A stretch of 64,000 bases of DNA from Myxococcota bacterium (GCA_965250285.1 OZ252299.1:4352001-4416000); one strand, 5' to 3'; shown: positions 18,980-29,732, counted from the first letter of the stretch. Translations and numbers: made by a program. Notes: generated by a model from the sequence alone, not told the origin.

Positions 18980-20230
18980 TCAGGCGGCCGTCACCGCCCG
19001 GTGCGTCGCCTCGAAGCGACGCAGCGCACCAAACGTCGCCGCGGCCAGCACGATCTCGGCCGCCCCCGCGACGAGGAACGCCGCTCGGTAGCCCGCGGGC
19101 CAGCCGAAGCTCGATGCCACAGACTCGCTCACGAGGCCGCCGACGATCGGCCCGACGATGAAACCGAGGCTGCCGGCGGCGTTGAATGCACCGAGCGAAG
19201 TGGTGCGCAGTCGCTCCGGCGTCAGCTCGGTCGTCATCAGCATCGAGGGCACGAACATCACGGCGGCGAGTGTGCCGTTCACGAACATGAAGAAGGGCAA
19301 CGCGCCGGGCGACCAGAAGGTGAGGCTCCCCACCGCGAGACCGTAGAGCGCGCTCCCACCGCAGAGCAGCAGAGCCAGCGAAATGCGGCGCGAGAGCAGG
19401 CCGAGCGGGACAGACAGCAACGCGAACGGCAGCATGAAGGCGGCGATGAGCCCCCCGACGCCCGCCGGGTCGAAGCCATGGATGCGCGTCAGGTAGAGCG
19501 AGAACGTCGACGTGAAGAAGCCGACCGTGAATCGGTCGGCAAAGGCGAACGCGAGCGGCGCCGCGACGAGCGGGCGATCGCGCACCATGTCGATCATGTC
19601 CCCGAGCCCGGCGCGTTCGCGGCCTGCCACGTGCGTTTCGCGCAGGACCGCGATGGCCAGAACGGCCGTCCCGAGCAGCAGCACAGCCCCGAGACGCAGC
19701 GGGACGAGCGGGTCGTCTTCGCCGAGCACGCCCCCGATGGGCGCTCCGATCGCGACGCCGAGCAATAGACCTCCGCCGGCGAGGCCCATCGCGAGGCCGC
19801 GCTCGGGCTCGGGCCGCGCACCGTGGGCGAGCCCGAGCAGCAGCGAGAGCGCGACGATGTGCGCGCAGCCTTCGACGAAGCGGATCGACATGAAGAGCGG
19901 AAAAGAGACGTCGAGCGTCAGCGCGAAGAAGCAGAGCGCATCGAGGACGAGCGCGGCGGCGATGAAGAGTGGGCGGCGCAGATGGCGGTCGGCGAGCAGG
20001 CCCGCGAGGGGGGCCGCCACGGCCGCGCCGATCATGTTGATCGACATGAAGAGCGACGTCGCCAGCTCGGAGACGTCGAAGCGGTCCTGCACCAGCGTGC
20101 GCAGGACGGGCACCGGCAGTGTGACCGGGATCAGGATCAGCACCGCGAGTAGAGCGAGCGCGGCGAGTCGCCACGCCTCGTACCGCGCGCCGCTCGCTGC
20201 ATTCGCGTGGGGGTCGAGTGTCTCGCTCAT
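18980..20230 (-). CDS. MFS transporter
   Basis: About 12 hydrophobic segments; GLLADRHLRR (motif A) and GFIVGPIVGG. Confidence 0.88.
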   Translation of the reverse strand: MSETLDPHANAASGARYEAWRLAALALLAVLILIPVTLPVPVLRTLVQDRFDVSELATSLFMSINMIGAAVAAPLAGLLADRHLRRPLFIAAALVLDALCFFALTLDVSFPLFMSIRFVEGCAHIVALSLLLGLAHGARPEPERGLAMGLAGGGLLLGVAIGAPIGGVLGEDDPLVPLRLGAVLLLGTAVLAIAVLRETHVAGRERAGLGDMIDMVRDRPLVAAPLAFAFADRFTVGFFTSTFSLYLTRIHGFDPAGVGGLIAAFMLPFALLSVPLGLLSRRISLALLLCGGSALYGLAVGSLTFWSPGALPFFMFVNGTLAAVMFVPSMLMTTELTPERLRTTSLGAFNAAGSLGFIVGPIVGGLVSESVASSFGWPAGYRAAFLVAGAAEIVLAAATFGALRRFEATHRAVTAA

Positions 20231-20323
20231 GGGCGGAGCGCGATTCTAGCGCTCCGACCCATCGACGACCGAGCGTCGTCGCGGATCTCGCACGGGGCGA
20301 GACCCGCGACGGGCTCCTCTGGA

Positions 20324-21397
20324 TCAGGTGGGGTCGGGCGCCGGCGTGTTCGGGCCGCTCGCCGGCAGCTCGGGGCGCGCGACGAACTCGGCGTCGACAC
20401 GGCCGGTGAGCGAGCCCAGGAACGCCTCGATCTCGGCGATCTGCTCGGCCGTCAGCTCGGCCCCGAGCTGGTGGTACCCCATCAACCGGATGGCCTCGGC
20501 GAGGGTCTCGATCTGACCGTTGTGGAAGTAGGGGCCGGTCTCGGCGACGTTGCGCAGCGACGGCACCTTGAACATCTGCCGATCGCTCTCCTTGCCGGTG
20601 ACCTCTTCGAGGCCCTTGTCGGGATCGTCGTACGGATGGACGACGCCCAGCTTCTGGAAGCTGCCCGCACCGAAGAGCGCCCCGGTGTGACAGGCCGTGC
20701 ACCCCGTATCCATGAAGCGCTTCAACCCGGCGAGCTGCTGCTCGTTCAGCGCGTCGTCGTCACCGCTCAGGAAGTCGTCGAAGGGCGACGGCGTCAGCAG
20801 TTGACGCTCGAACGCGCCGATCGCCCGCCCCATGTTCTGATACGTGATCGGCTGCTCGTCGGCCGGGAAAGCCGCGGCGAAGAGCGGCGCATAGCCGGGG
20901 ATCGACTGCAGCACGGCCTCGACGGCTTCGGCGTTGGGCATCGCCATCTCGATCGGGTTGAGCGGCGGACCGAGCGCCTGCGCTTCGACGTCGGGCTCGC
21001 GCCCATCCCAGAACTGCGACACGTGAAGCGCCGCGTTGAGGCTGGTCGGCGCATTGCGACCGCCCTTCTGGCCTCGGTGCCCGGTCGACGTCGCCAAACC
21101 GTCGACGCCGAATCGGTCGAGCAGGTGGCAGGTGTTGCACGAGATGTCCTGGTTCTTCGACAGGCGCTCGTCGTAGTAGAGGATACGCCCCAGGTCGACC
21201 TTCTCGTCGGTCACCGTGTTCTCGGGGTTCGGCGCGTCGCTCGGCAGCACACTGAACACGAGCGTGGCCCGCTCGCGCAGATCGTCGGCGTCGGGCGCGG
21301 CCAACGCACCGGCGAACGGCGCGAGCGCGACGATCAGCAAGGCTGTGACGGCGCCCCATATTCGGCGCGGTTGCCGCGCGACTCGATTGATAGCCAC
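20324..21397 (-). CDS. Di-heme cytochrome c peroxidase (CcpA/MauG family)
   Basis: Two CxxCH motifs (CNTCH, CTACH), RNAPT, QFWDGR and FKVPSLRNV..TGPYFHNG. Signal peptide; GTG start after GGAGG. Confidence 0.92.
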   Translation of the reverse strand: MAINRVARQPRRIWGAVTALLIVALAPFAGALAAPDADDLRERATLVFSVLPSDAPNPENTVTDEKVDLGRILYYDERLSKNQDISCNTCHLLDRFGVDGLATSTGHRGQKGGRNAPTSLNAALHVSQFWDGREPDVEAQALGPPLNPIEMAMPNAEAVEAVLQSIPGYAPLFAAAFPADEQPITYQNMGRAIGAFERQLLTPSPFDDFLSGDDDALNEQQLAGLKRFMDTGCTACHTGALFGAGSFQKLGVVHPYDDPDKGLEEVTGKESDRQMFKVPSLRNVAETGPYFHNGQIETLAEAIRLMGYHQLGAELTAEQIAEIEAFLGSLTGRVDAEFVARPELPASGPNTPAPDPT

Positions 21398-21465
21398 GAT
21401 GTTGTTCCTCCCCTGGCGAGCGCTCCGCGACCGGGTGCGGTCGGCTCTTCTTGGATGCCGTTCGA

Positions 21466-21933
21466 TCACGACGGCGTCACCTCGTCTCGGGCCGTCGTGA
21501 GCGACTCGGCCCTCTCCTGGATCGCCGCCGACATCTCGGTGAAACCTCGACGGAGCTGTCCACCCAGAAGGCCCTGGACGATGGACGAGACGGGCCCGGC
21601 GATCTCGAATCTCGACATGTAGCGGCAGCGCTCGGCGTCGATCGGTTCGATCTCGTGACAGCGCTCGCTCCTGAGTGCGCGCCCCGGCGTCTTCGACATC
21701 GCGTAGCAGAAGCCTCGGCCGGGCTCGATCGAGGTGATCCACTCGCGCTGTCGCTGGGTCATGAAGGGCAGAACGCGCACTTGCATGTCCATGGCAGCGC
21801 CGACCTCGAGCGAGCAGCTCGCGGCCACGACGAACGGGTTCCAGTCGCCGTAGGCCTCGAAGTCGGTCAGAACCTTCCAGACCACCTCGGCGGGCGCGTC
21901 GATTTCATGGGTGTGGTCGATTCGGAGCGGCAC
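21466..21933 (-). CDS. SRPBCC/polyketide cyclase-dehydrase family protein
   Basis: IDAPAEVVWKVLTDFEAYGDWNPF. Confidence 0.82.
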   Translation of the reverse strand: MPLRIDHTHEIDAPAEVVWKVLTDFEAYGDWNPFVVAASCSLEVGAAMDMQVRVLPFMTQRQREWITSIEPGRGFCYAMSKTPGRALRSERCHEIEPIDAERCRYMSRFEIAGPVSSIVQGLLGGQLRRGFTEMSAAIQERAESLTTARDEVTPS

Positions 21934-22003
21934 CGCCCATGTCTACACCAGCCGCGGCGGGCTCGAAAGCGGCCCGAATCTGGACACGCGCGCGCCGCTT
22001 CGA

Positions 22004-23233
22004 TCAGCCTGCCGTGCCCCGCTCGAGGCGGACGAGCGCCGTCGTGAAGACGAGGGAGAGGCCGAGCACGAGGCCGCCCATCGCGTACAGCGTGGTGCGT
22101 TCACCCACCGCGTCGGCGAGCACACCGTAGGGCAACGCCATGAGCCCAAAGCCGGCGAAGGCGAGCAGCGTGAGAGACATCACGCGCCCGATGTAGACGG
22201 GCTCGACCCGCTTCGCGATCACCGCGGAGTTGAGCGCCTGGAACCCCCCGCTCGCGACGCCCGCACCGAACATGGCGACCGACGCGACGGTCCAGTTTGG
22301 TGCCGCGGCGAGGAGCACCAGAGAAGCGCCGAAGCCGAACGAGAACGTCGAGTACACCAGCAGGGCATGCTTCGAGTCGGCCAGCCGCGCGACGCCCAGA
22401 CTGGCCGCCAGCGCGCCGACGGCCGACCAGACGAAGAGCCCGCTGACCTGCTCGGGCGGTAGATCGAGCTGATTCGCGAGCAGCCCCGGCAGCACCGTCA
22501 CGTGGGGAAAGCCCGCGAGGATGACCGTCACGAAATAGAGAAGCAGCAAGCGCACCTCTTTGTGCGCCCATACGTAGGCGAGACCCTCGCGCAGATCCGC
22601 GAGCACGTGCTTCTCGGTGGCGCCTTCGCGCACGGGCGAGTGCGGCAGCCAACCGACGCTCAGCGCCGAAACCGCATAGAGCGAACCCATCACCGCAAAA
22701 GCACCGGCTGCGCCGAACGCCGCGAACGAGAGGCAGAGCCCGGCGGCCGCCGGGCCGAAGACCCGCGACGCCGTGTTCGCGACGTTGGTCAGGGCCATGG
22801 CGTTGCCCCGCAGCGCATCGGGGACGTACTCGATCGCCAGCGCCTGCCGCGCCGGTCCGAGAAAGGCGAAGCTCGCGCCCATCACGAACGCCCCGCCGGC
22901 GAGCCACGCCAGATGAATGCGCTCGGCAGCGACCAGCGCGGCGAGCATGACGAAGACCGCGGCGGCGACGAGCTGCCCCGTCGCGATCACACGGCGCTTG
23001 GGCAGACGATCGGCGTAGGCGCCGCCGATCGGACCGAGCAGCGCCATCGTCACGCCCTGCGCAAAGACGACGCTGCCTACGGCGTCGTTGCGGCCGGTCA
23101 GATCGAAGGCCACAACGCTCTGAACGACCGTCGACATGAAGAAGGCGAGAAAGGAGAGGAGCGTCCCGACCCATAGCAGCCGGAACGACGGGAGTGCGAG
23201 CGCCGCGAAGGTCTCGGTGAAGATCGATCGCAT
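22004..23233 (-). CDS. MFS transporter (MFS_3-like)
   Basis: GGAYADRLPKRR, GPARQA and YIGRVMSL. Multiple TM segments. Confidence 0.88.
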   Translation of the reverse strand: MRSIFTETFAALALPSFRLLWVGTLLSFLAFFMSTVVQSVVAFDLTGRNDAVGSVVFAQGVTMALLGPIGGAYADRLPKRRVIATGQLVAAAVFVMLAALVAAERIHLAWLAGGAFVMGASFAFLGPARQALAIEYVPDALRGNAMALTNVANTASRVFGPAAAGLCLSFAAFGAAGAFAVMGSLYAVSALSVGWLPHSPVREGATEKHVLADLREGLAYVWAHKEVRLLLLYFVTVILAGFPHVTVLPGLLANQLDLPPEQVSGLFVWSAVGALAASLGVARLADSKHALLVYSTFSFGFGASLVLLAAAPNWTVASVAMFGAGVASGGFQALNSAVIAKRVEPVYIGRVMSLTLLAFAGFGLMALPYGVLADAVGERTTLYAMGGLVLGLSLVFTTALVRLERGTAG

Positions 23234-23263
23234 CGTGGGCGCCGGCCTCCGAGGCGGTGAGAT

Positions 23264-23680
23264 CTAGCCGAGCGCCTTCACGCGATCTTCGATCCATCCA
23301 CCCATCAGCGCGTACATGCCTTCGATCGCCGTCTTCAGCTCTTCGGGCGTCGTCCCCTCTATGGGCGTTGCCTCGCAGCTCCAGCTGAGCGTCGTCCGGC
23401 CGGCCGAGTCGTCGACGACCATCGTCGCCTCGTACCCCGTGGCCGGAAACGGCGCGCCCTCGTCATGGATCTTGTAGACGAGCGTCCGCGCGGGCGCGTC
23501 GAGCCGAACCAGCTGCTCGCGGATCACGCCCCCCACGACGCGGGTCATGCCGACGCCCTCACCCTCGAGTTCGACGCTCGTGCCGGCGGGCATCCAGCTG
23601 CAGTCGCCGAAGTTCTCGATCAGTGCCCACAGCGCATCGGCGGGGACGTCCATGTTGCGGGTGGTCGCGGCGGCGGGCAT
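23264..23680 (-). CDS. SRPBCC family protein
   Basis: PADALWALIENFG...W.P and GEGVGMTR; C-terminal helix. Confidence 0.8.
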   Translation of the reverse strand: MPAAATTRNMDVPADALWALIENFGDCSWMPAGTSVELEGEGVGMTRVVGGVIREQLVRLDAPARTLVYKIHDEGAPFPATGYEATMVVDDSAGRTTLSWSCEATPIEGTTPEELKTAIEGMYALMGGWIEDRVKALG

Positions 23681-23843
23681 CGGGTGTCTCGCTTTCTCTT
23701 CGTCTAGCCTGTTGCGGGTCGGGATCGGCGCGCGCTTCGGCGCCTCGACGCGCGCGCCCCTCGACGTTGGCCCATTCGCGCCAGTGCGTCCAATCGCAGG
23801 CGCACCGCCCACGCGAACGTCATCGGAGCGGAGGAGAACCGTC

Positions 23844-25178
23844 ATGCCGAGAGCCTGCGTCGTCGGTGCGGGGCCCTCCGGTCTCGTCGCGACGAAGACA
23901 CTCCTCGCTGCCGGCGTCGATGCCGACTGCCTCGAGATGTCGACCGTGATCGGGGGGCAGTGGGCTTACGACAACCCCAATGGTCGCTCGGCGATCTACC
24001 GCTCGATCCATACGAACACGACACTGGCGATGAGTCGGTTGAGCGACTTCGAGATGCCCGCGGATTGGCCCCCCTTTCCGACCCACGAGCAGGTGCTGGG
24101 CTGGTTCGAGTCGTACATCGACGCGTTCGACTTTCGAGACCGCATTCAGCTGGGCGTCGAGGTCGTCGCCGCCGAGGCGCTCGAACCCACCGGCTGGCGC
24201 ATCACGGTGCGCGACAGGGCGAGCGGCGACGTCAGCGAAGAGCGGTACGACGCGCTGCTGGCCTGCACCGGCAACTACTGGGCACCGAAGCGGCCCGAGG
24301 TGCCGGGCGTCTTCGCGGGCGAGGCGTTCCACTCGCAGGCATATCGCGACCCCGAGACGCCGGCGTCACTCGCCGGTCGCCGCGTCGTCGTAGCCGGCAC
24401 GGGCAACACGGGCTGCGAGATCGCGTGCGAAGCCGCCGAGGCCGGCGCAGAGGCCGTCTTTCTGTCGGCGCGCGGCGGCACGTGGATCCTGCCGAAGTTC
24501 GCAGAGGGCCGGCCCGCGGCCGAGGGTGCGCCGATGATGCACCCCTGCGATGACGTGCCGGGCGCGTTCGCACGGTTGCCGCGCAGCGTGCGCGAGGCGG
24601 CGTTCGCAAAGCTCAGCGGCGTGATGATGCGCAAGCGCTTCGGTGAACGCATGCGACGCTTCGAAGCGCTGGGGCTGCCGCCGCCGCCCGCCGACGTGGG
24701 CGCAAAGCGCGCGACGGTGTGCGAGCCGCTCCTCGATGCGCTCGAGCGCGGCGTCGTGCAGGCGCGACCGACGATCTCGCGCTTCGACGGCGAACGGGTC
24801 GCGTTCGAGGGGGGCGGGGTCGAAGCGGCGGACGTCGTGATCTTCGCGACGGGGTTCCACCTGCAGTACCCGTACCTGCCGACCCAGCTGGTCGACACCC
24901 ACGACGACGACCTCGACCTCTTCATGGGCACCATGCACCCCCGACGCCACGACCTCTTCGTGCTCGGCGTCGGTCGACCGACAGGATCGTTCTGGCCCAT
25001 CGCCGAGATGCATGCGCTGCTCGCGTCCGCCCTGCTGAGTGGCCGATACCGGCTGCCCGGCCAGCGCGCGATCGATCGCGACACGAAGCCGATCCTCGGT
25101 GGGCGCTCGTTCAATCCGGCGCTCTTCGGTCTCGCGATCCGCGAGGAGATCGCGCGCGGCGAGAAGCGGGCTCGCTGA
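23844..25178 (+). CDS. Flavin-containing monooxygenase (FMO-like)
   Basis: GAGPSG, GGQW, F.G.AFHSQAYR fingerprint, GTGNTG and FATGF. GGAGGAG RBS. Confidence 0.9.
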   Translation: MPRACVVGAGPSGLVATKTLLAAGVDADCLEMSTVIGGQWAYDNPNGRSAIYRSIHTNTTLAMSRLSDFEMPADWPPFPTHEQVLGWFESYIDAFDFRDRIQLGVEVVAAEALEPTGWRITVRDRASGDVSEERYDALLACTGNYWAPKRPEVPGVFAGEAFHSQAYRDPETPASLAGRRVVVAGTGNTGCEIACEAAEAGAEAVFLSARGGTWILPKFAEGRPAAEGAPMMHPCDDVPGAFARLPRSVREAAFAKLSGVMMRKRFGERMRRFEALGLPPPPADVGAKRATVCEPLLDALERGVVQARPTISRFDGERVAFEGGGVEAADVVIFATGFHLQYPYLPTQLVDTHDDDLDLFMGTMHPRRHDLFVLGVGRPTGSFWPIAEMHALLASALLSGRYRLPGQRAIDRDTKPILGGRSFNPALFGLAIREEIARGEKRAR

Positions 25179-25363
25179 TACACGAGGCCTCGAACGGCCG
25201 TCGCAAAAAACCCACACATCAGTCCATCCCCCGATCCCCGTCCGAGTTTCATCAAGCCGTTCGCCGAACGGCCGATGAGAGGGGCTCACTCGAACCGCGC
25301 TCCCAGCCGGCGGTCGCGATCGGATCGCGTCCCCGCCCGAGCGACTCCAGATGGATGGATGAA

Positions 25364-26779
25364 ATGAAGATCGCACGCGCCATTGCGGTACTCGGCACGA
25401 TGCTCCTGCTCGTTGCCTGCAGTGACGACTCGAATCCCGAGGTCACGGGTGTCTTCGTCGACGCCGAGGTCGCGGGCCTCGGCTACGAGTGCGGGGACGA
25501 CACGACCCGACGCTTCACCAACGCAGCGGGCGAGTTCACCTGCCCCGCCGGCAGTGAGGTGCGCTTCTACATCGGCGAGATTCTGCTCGGCAGCGTCACC
25601 GCCACCCTCGACCTCGAGGTCGTCACGCCCTCGATGCTCACCGGCGCCGATGTCGACGACCTGGCGGCCGTCGGCTACGGCGGCTCGATGCCGAGCCCCG
25701 AGCTCTTCTCGAGCGTCAACATGGCGGCGCTGCTGCAGAGCTTCGACGAGGACGGCGATCCCGACAACGGCATCGTGATCACCGACGAGATCCACGACGC
25801 GTTCCCCGTGCCGGGTGAGTGGGACTACGACGAAGAAGAGTCGCCCGTCGTCGAAGAGCTCTTCGACGCCCTCGAAGAGCTCGAGATCGAGCCCGTCGAC
25901 GAAGAAGAAGCCTTCGAGCACCTGCTCGAGCAGACCGAGAAGCTGCTCTACGGCATGTACGAGGGCACGGTCGTCGACGAAGAAGAGACGATCGAGATCG
26001 ACCTCTTCCTCTTCTACAACGCGGGCGGCGGCAACGCCGATCCGGGCATGCAGGCCCGCCTGCTCCTCTCGAACCTCGATGAGTCGGAGCCCGTCCAGAT
26101 CGAGCTGGGTGTGCCCTACGTCTCGATGGACGACGTCTACCTGGCGATGGACCTCTCGCTGAACGGCATCGTCGTGCGCGTGTACGACGCGGTCGCCATG
26201 GCGGAGGCCGAGTTCGAGCCCCCCGTCACCGAGGACGGCCAAGCCGACCTCGCGGCGGCGAGCCCGTACCTGATGCACACCGTCAACCTGGTGAAGACGG
26301 TCGACACGCCCGACGTGACGATCCTCGACATCGGGACGTTCCTCGCGCAGCTGCCCGAGGGCAGCGAGGTGCCCGAGGATCTCGACGAGATCAGCGGCCC
26401 GCGCGTCGGTATCTTCGCCGCCATCCCCGAAGAAGAGTCGCCGGCACCCATCGCCGGCTTCTCGCAGGGCGGTGAGCTCTGGATCTACGGTCAGGCGCAG
26501 AAGACCGGCTTCGGCGGTGGTTTCCTCGACCTCTACGTCGATGGGGGTCATCTCGTCGTCGAGAGCCTGAGCGAGTCGACGCTCGTCTACGTCGGCCGCG
26601 CGTTCATGACGCGGTACGAGATCATCGAAGAGCAGTGGGTCGATACGACGCTCTGGGGCGACGCGCGCATTCAGATCAACGTCGACGGCAGCGTCCAGTT
26701 CGACGTCACGGCCGACGACGGCGTCTCGTTCAGCGAGTCGCTCGAAGTCATGGAGGCCGGAGTGGGCCAGCCCTTCTAG
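25364..26779 (+). CDS. Very acidic secreted lipoprotein of unknown function
   Basis: LLVA-C lipobox; GVFVDAEVAGLGY...TNAAGEF...VRFYIG and LQSFDEDGDPDNGI. Confidence 0.7.
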   Translation: MKIARAIAVLGTMLLLVACSDDSNPEVTGVFVDAEVAGLGYECGDDTTRRFTNAAGEFTCPAGSEVRFYIGEILLGSVTATLDLEVVTPSMLTGADVDDLAAVGYGGSMPSPELFSSVNMAALLQSFDEDGDPDNGIVITDEIHDAFPVPGEWDYDEEESPVVEELFDALEELEIEPVDEEEAFEHLLEQTEKLLYGMYEGTVVDEEETIEIDLFLFYNAGGGNADPGMQARLLLSNLDESEPVQIELGVPYVSMDDVYLAMDLSLNGIVVRVYDAVAMAEAEFEPPVTEDGQADLAAASPYLMHTVNLVKTVDTPDVTILDIGTFLAQLPEGSEVPEDLDEISGPRVGIFAAIPEEESPAPIAGFSQGGELWIYGQAQKTGFGGGFLDLYVDGGHLVVESLSESTLVYVGRAFMTRYEIIEEQWVDTTLWGDARIQINVDGSVQFDVTADDGVSFSESLEVMEAGVGQPF

Positions 26780-26805
26780 CCCGCACGATCGAGCCGAAAC
26801 ACCCG

Positions 26806-26843
26806 GGGCGGGGCCGCGCGAGCGGTCCCGCCCTTCTTCGTTT
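26806..26843 (+). terminator. Probable Rho-independent terminator
   Basis: GGGCGGGGCCGC-GCGA-GCGGTCCCGCCC followed by TTCTTCGTTT. Confidence 0.6.
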
Positions 26844-26956
26844 CGGGCCGCGCACGGGAGCGTTGGGGCGCGGGAACGCGCGGCCCACGTCGAGCGAAGG
26901 CCTGGCTGCTACCCTCCGAGGGCGGCGCCGACGTGCGCCCGCGCCTGGAGACGACG

Positions 26957-27814
26957 GTGTCCGATCACACCGAATACGAAGAGCTCGAGAAGGTGCTCTC
27001 CTGGGAGCAGCCCTCGAAGGAGGCGACCGAACGCTTCCTTTCTCTCTTTCGCTTCTACTTTGCGCCCACGTTCCATGGCACCGCGAACCTCGACGCGTCC
27101 CGCCCGACGATGTACGTCGCGAACCACTCGATCTACTCGTTGGCCGACCCGGTGTTGATGATCGGCATCTACGACACGCTGGGCGAGGTGCCCCGCGGCC
27201 TCGCCGACCGGCTCCACTTCAAGCTGCCCTTCTACCGCGACTTCGTCGAGTCGCTCGGCGCCGTGACCGGGGATCGCGAGCTCGTCCGGGGCCTGATGCG
27301 CACCGAGCAGAGCATCGTCGTCTTTCCGGGCGGCAGCCGCGAGGTGATGAAGAAGCGCCACGAAGGCCATCGACTCGTCTGGAAGCAGCGCACCGGCTTC
27401 ATTCAGCTCGCGATCGAGATGAACTACACGATCACACCGGTCGGTGTGGCCGGAGGCGATCACTGCTTCGACGTCGTCGCCGACGCCGACGACTACATGA
27501 ACACCTTGATCGGCAAGTGGGTGCATCGGTCGGGCCTACTCGACCGCTTCCTCCGCGGTCGCGACGAACTGCCGCCCGTCGTGCGCGGCATGGGTCTCTC
27601 CGTTCTGCCCAAGCCGGTGCCGATCCACGTCAGCTATGGCCGAGCCATCGACGTCGCCGAGCTGACGAACGGGGCCACGACCGACCCGGCACTCTTCGCA
27701 GCGCGCGAAGAGGTCGCGAAACAGATCGACCTGCTGGTCGAGCAGGGGCTCGCCGCGCAGGCCCGGCAGCAGAAGTCGACGTCGTGGCTTCGGTGGCTTC
27801 TGACGCGCAGCTAG
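26957..27814 (+). CDS. Lysophospholipid acyltransferase family protein (PlsC/DGAT2-like)
   Basis: VANHS....D, VFPGGSRE and RTGFI.LA. Confidence 0.85.
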   Translation: MSDHTEYEELEKVLSWEQPSKEATERFLSLFRFYFAPTFHGTANLDASRPTMYVANHSIYSLADPVLMIGIYDTLGEVPRGLADRLHFKLPFYRDFVESLGAVTGDRELVRGLMRTEQSIVVFPGGSREVMKKRHEGHRLVWKQRTGFIQLAIEMNYTITPVGVAGGDHCFDVVADADDYMNTLIGKWVHRSGLLDRFLRGRDELPPVVRGMGLSVLPKPVPIHVSYGRAIDVAELTNGATTDPALFAAREEVAKQIDLLVEQGLAAQARQQKSTSWLRWLLTRS

Positions 27815-27942
27815 GCTTCACCCGCGGGCAAGATGCCGGACGGGCGAAGCCGTCGTGAATCCACTATCCCCTCATGTCAGCGATTTCGACTCCGGACCGC
27901 CACCGCGGCGCGCATCCGGAGGAACCCCCAAGGAGACCCCAG

Positions 27943-28338
27943 GTGGCAGAGCAGATCCCCTTCGTCGACTACCTCGTTCTGGGCGACGACCCGCACCTCG
28001 AGGCCAACGAGTGCACCGCGTGCGGCGCCCGCTTCTTCGATCGCCGCAACGCGTGCGCCAACTGCTCGGGCACCGAGTTCAAGCGGGCCCGCATCGCCAC
28101 CCAGGGCACGCTTCGCACGTTCACGATCGTCTCGTTCGCGGCGCCCGGGATCCCGGTGCCGTTCGTGGCCGGCGTCGTCGACTGCGACGGCACCAGCGTG
28201 CGCGCCAACATCGTGAACGTCGAGCCGACCGCCGAGCACGTGAAGCTCGGCATGCCGGTCAAGCTCACGACCGTGCCCGTCGGCACCGACGGCGAAGGCG
28301 TCGAGGCGGTCAACTTCGCCTTCGAGCCCGCGGCCTAG
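27943..28338 (+). CDS. DUF35 Zn-ribbon/OB-fold protein (thiolase partner)
   Basis: CTAC and CANC zinc ribbon, GTLRTFTIV and VKLGMPV. AGGAG RBS. Confidence 0.88.
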   Translation: MAEQIPFVDYLVLGDDPHLEANECTACGARFFDRRNACANCSGTEFKRARIATQGTLRTFTIVSFAAPGIPVPFVAGVVDCDGTSVRANIVNVEPTAEHVKLGMPVKLTTVPVGTDGEGVEAVNFAFEPAA

Positions 28339-28423
28339 GCAGGGCGGCCTCACTTCGATCTGCGCCCGAGGCTCGACCCGGGCGACCCCCAAGACCACGA
28401 TCCATCGATCCAGGAGAAATCAC

Positions 28424-29632
28424 ATGGGTTCGAACGACGTCTACATCCTCGGCATCAACATGACCAAGTTCGGCAAGCACAAGGAGCTGGACGTGGCCGA
28501 CCTCGCGTCGCAGGCCACGCTCGCCGCGATCGCCGACGCCGGTGTCTCGATGAAGGACATGGGCATCATCGCGGCCGGCAACCTGATGGGAGGCCCCCTG
28601 CCGATCGCGCAGACGATCCAGAAGCAGTGCGGCCAGACCGGCATCCCGGCCTACAACGTCTCGAATGCATGCGCGACCGGCGCGACCGCGCTGCGCGTCG
28701 CGATCATGTCGGTCAAGGCCGGCGAGAGCGACTTCGGCCTCGCGGTCGGCGTCGAGAAGCTCGCCGGCGCAGGCCTCCTCGCGGGCGGCAGCGCCAAGAA
28801 GGACGGCGACAGCTGGCAGCGATCGGGCCGCTTCGGTGCCGTCGCAGGCGTCGATGGGCGCATCGGCACCGAGACGATGCCGGGCGTGTTCGCGCAGATC
28901 GGCCAGGAGTACGGCCACAAGTACGGCGGTGCCAACTTCGAGCTGTTCGCCAAGATCTCGGAGAAGAACCACGGGCACTCGACGCTCAACCCGCTCGCGG
29001 CCTACACCAAGGCGATGACCGTCGAGGAGATCATGAACGACATCATGATCGCCTACCCGAACACGCGGCCGATGTGTTCGGCCAACTGCGATGGGGCTGC
29101 GGCGGCGGTGGTCGTGAGCGGCTCGAAGCTGGCCACGCTCTCTCAGGAGCAGCAGCGACGCGCGGTGAAGGTGAGCGCTTCGGTGCTGACGAGCGATCCC
29201 TACCAGGAGGCGTGCCAGGTGCTGCCCGACGTCAACACGCTCACCCGCCAGGCCGCCACCCAGGCCTACGAGCAGGCGGGCATCGGCCCGGAGGATCTCA
29301 ACCTCGTCGAGCTGCACGACTGCTTCGCGACGGCCGAGCTCGTTCACTACGACAACCTGATGCTCTGCGAAGAAGGCGGCGCCGTCGACTTCTTCAAGAG
29401 CGGCGCGCCGTACCGTGACGGCCGGCTGCCGGTCAACGTCTCGGGCGGGCTGCAGTCGAAGGGTCACCCGATCGCCGCTACAGGCATCGCGAACATCTGG
29501 GAGATCTGCCATCACCTGCGCGGTGAAGCCGGCCCGCGCCAGATCGAAGGCGCGAAGGTGGGCCTGGCCCACGTGATCGGCCTGGCCTCGGCCTGCGGCG
29601 TGCACATCCTCGAGAGCAACTCGGCCAGCTAG
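28424..29632 (+). CDS. SCP2-type thiolase (lipid-transfer protein family)
   Basis: NACATG, ELHDCF and NVSGGLQSKGHPIAATG. Confidence 0.92.
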   Translation: MGSNDVYILGINMTKFGKHKELDVADLASQATLAAIADAGVSMKDMGIIAAGNLMGGPLPIAQTIQKQCGQTGIPAYNVSNACATGATALRVAIMSVKAGESDFGLAVGVEKLAGAGLLAGGSAKKDGDSWQRSGRFGAVAGVDGRIGTETMPGVFAQIGQEYGHKYGGANFELFAKISEKNHGHSTLNPLAAYTKAMTVEEIMNDIMIAYPNTRPMCSANCDGAAAAVVVSGSKLATLSQEQQRRAVKVSASVLTSDPYQEACQVLPDVNTLTRQAATQAYEQAGIGPEDLNLVELHDCFATAELVHYDNLMLCEEGGAVDFFKSGAPYRDGRLPVNVSGGLQSKGHPIAATGIANIWEICHHLRGEAGPRQIEGAKVGLAHVIGLASACGVHILESNSAS

Positions 29633-29657
29633 GGTCGACGTTCGAGGCTCGAATCGA

Positions 29658-29689
29658 GACGGGGGATCGACGCAAGTCGATCCCCCGTC
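29658..29689. terminator. Strong stem-loop (14-bp stem, GCAA tetraloop) after the thiolase
   Basis: GACGGGGGATCGAC-GCAA-GTCGATCCCCCGTC with only a weak U-tract; may be a terminator or an mRNA stabiliser. Confidence 0.55.
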
Positions 29690-29732
29690 GTGCTTTGGCC
29701 TCCGCGATGCGGCTTCCCGAAGGAGCGCAGTC

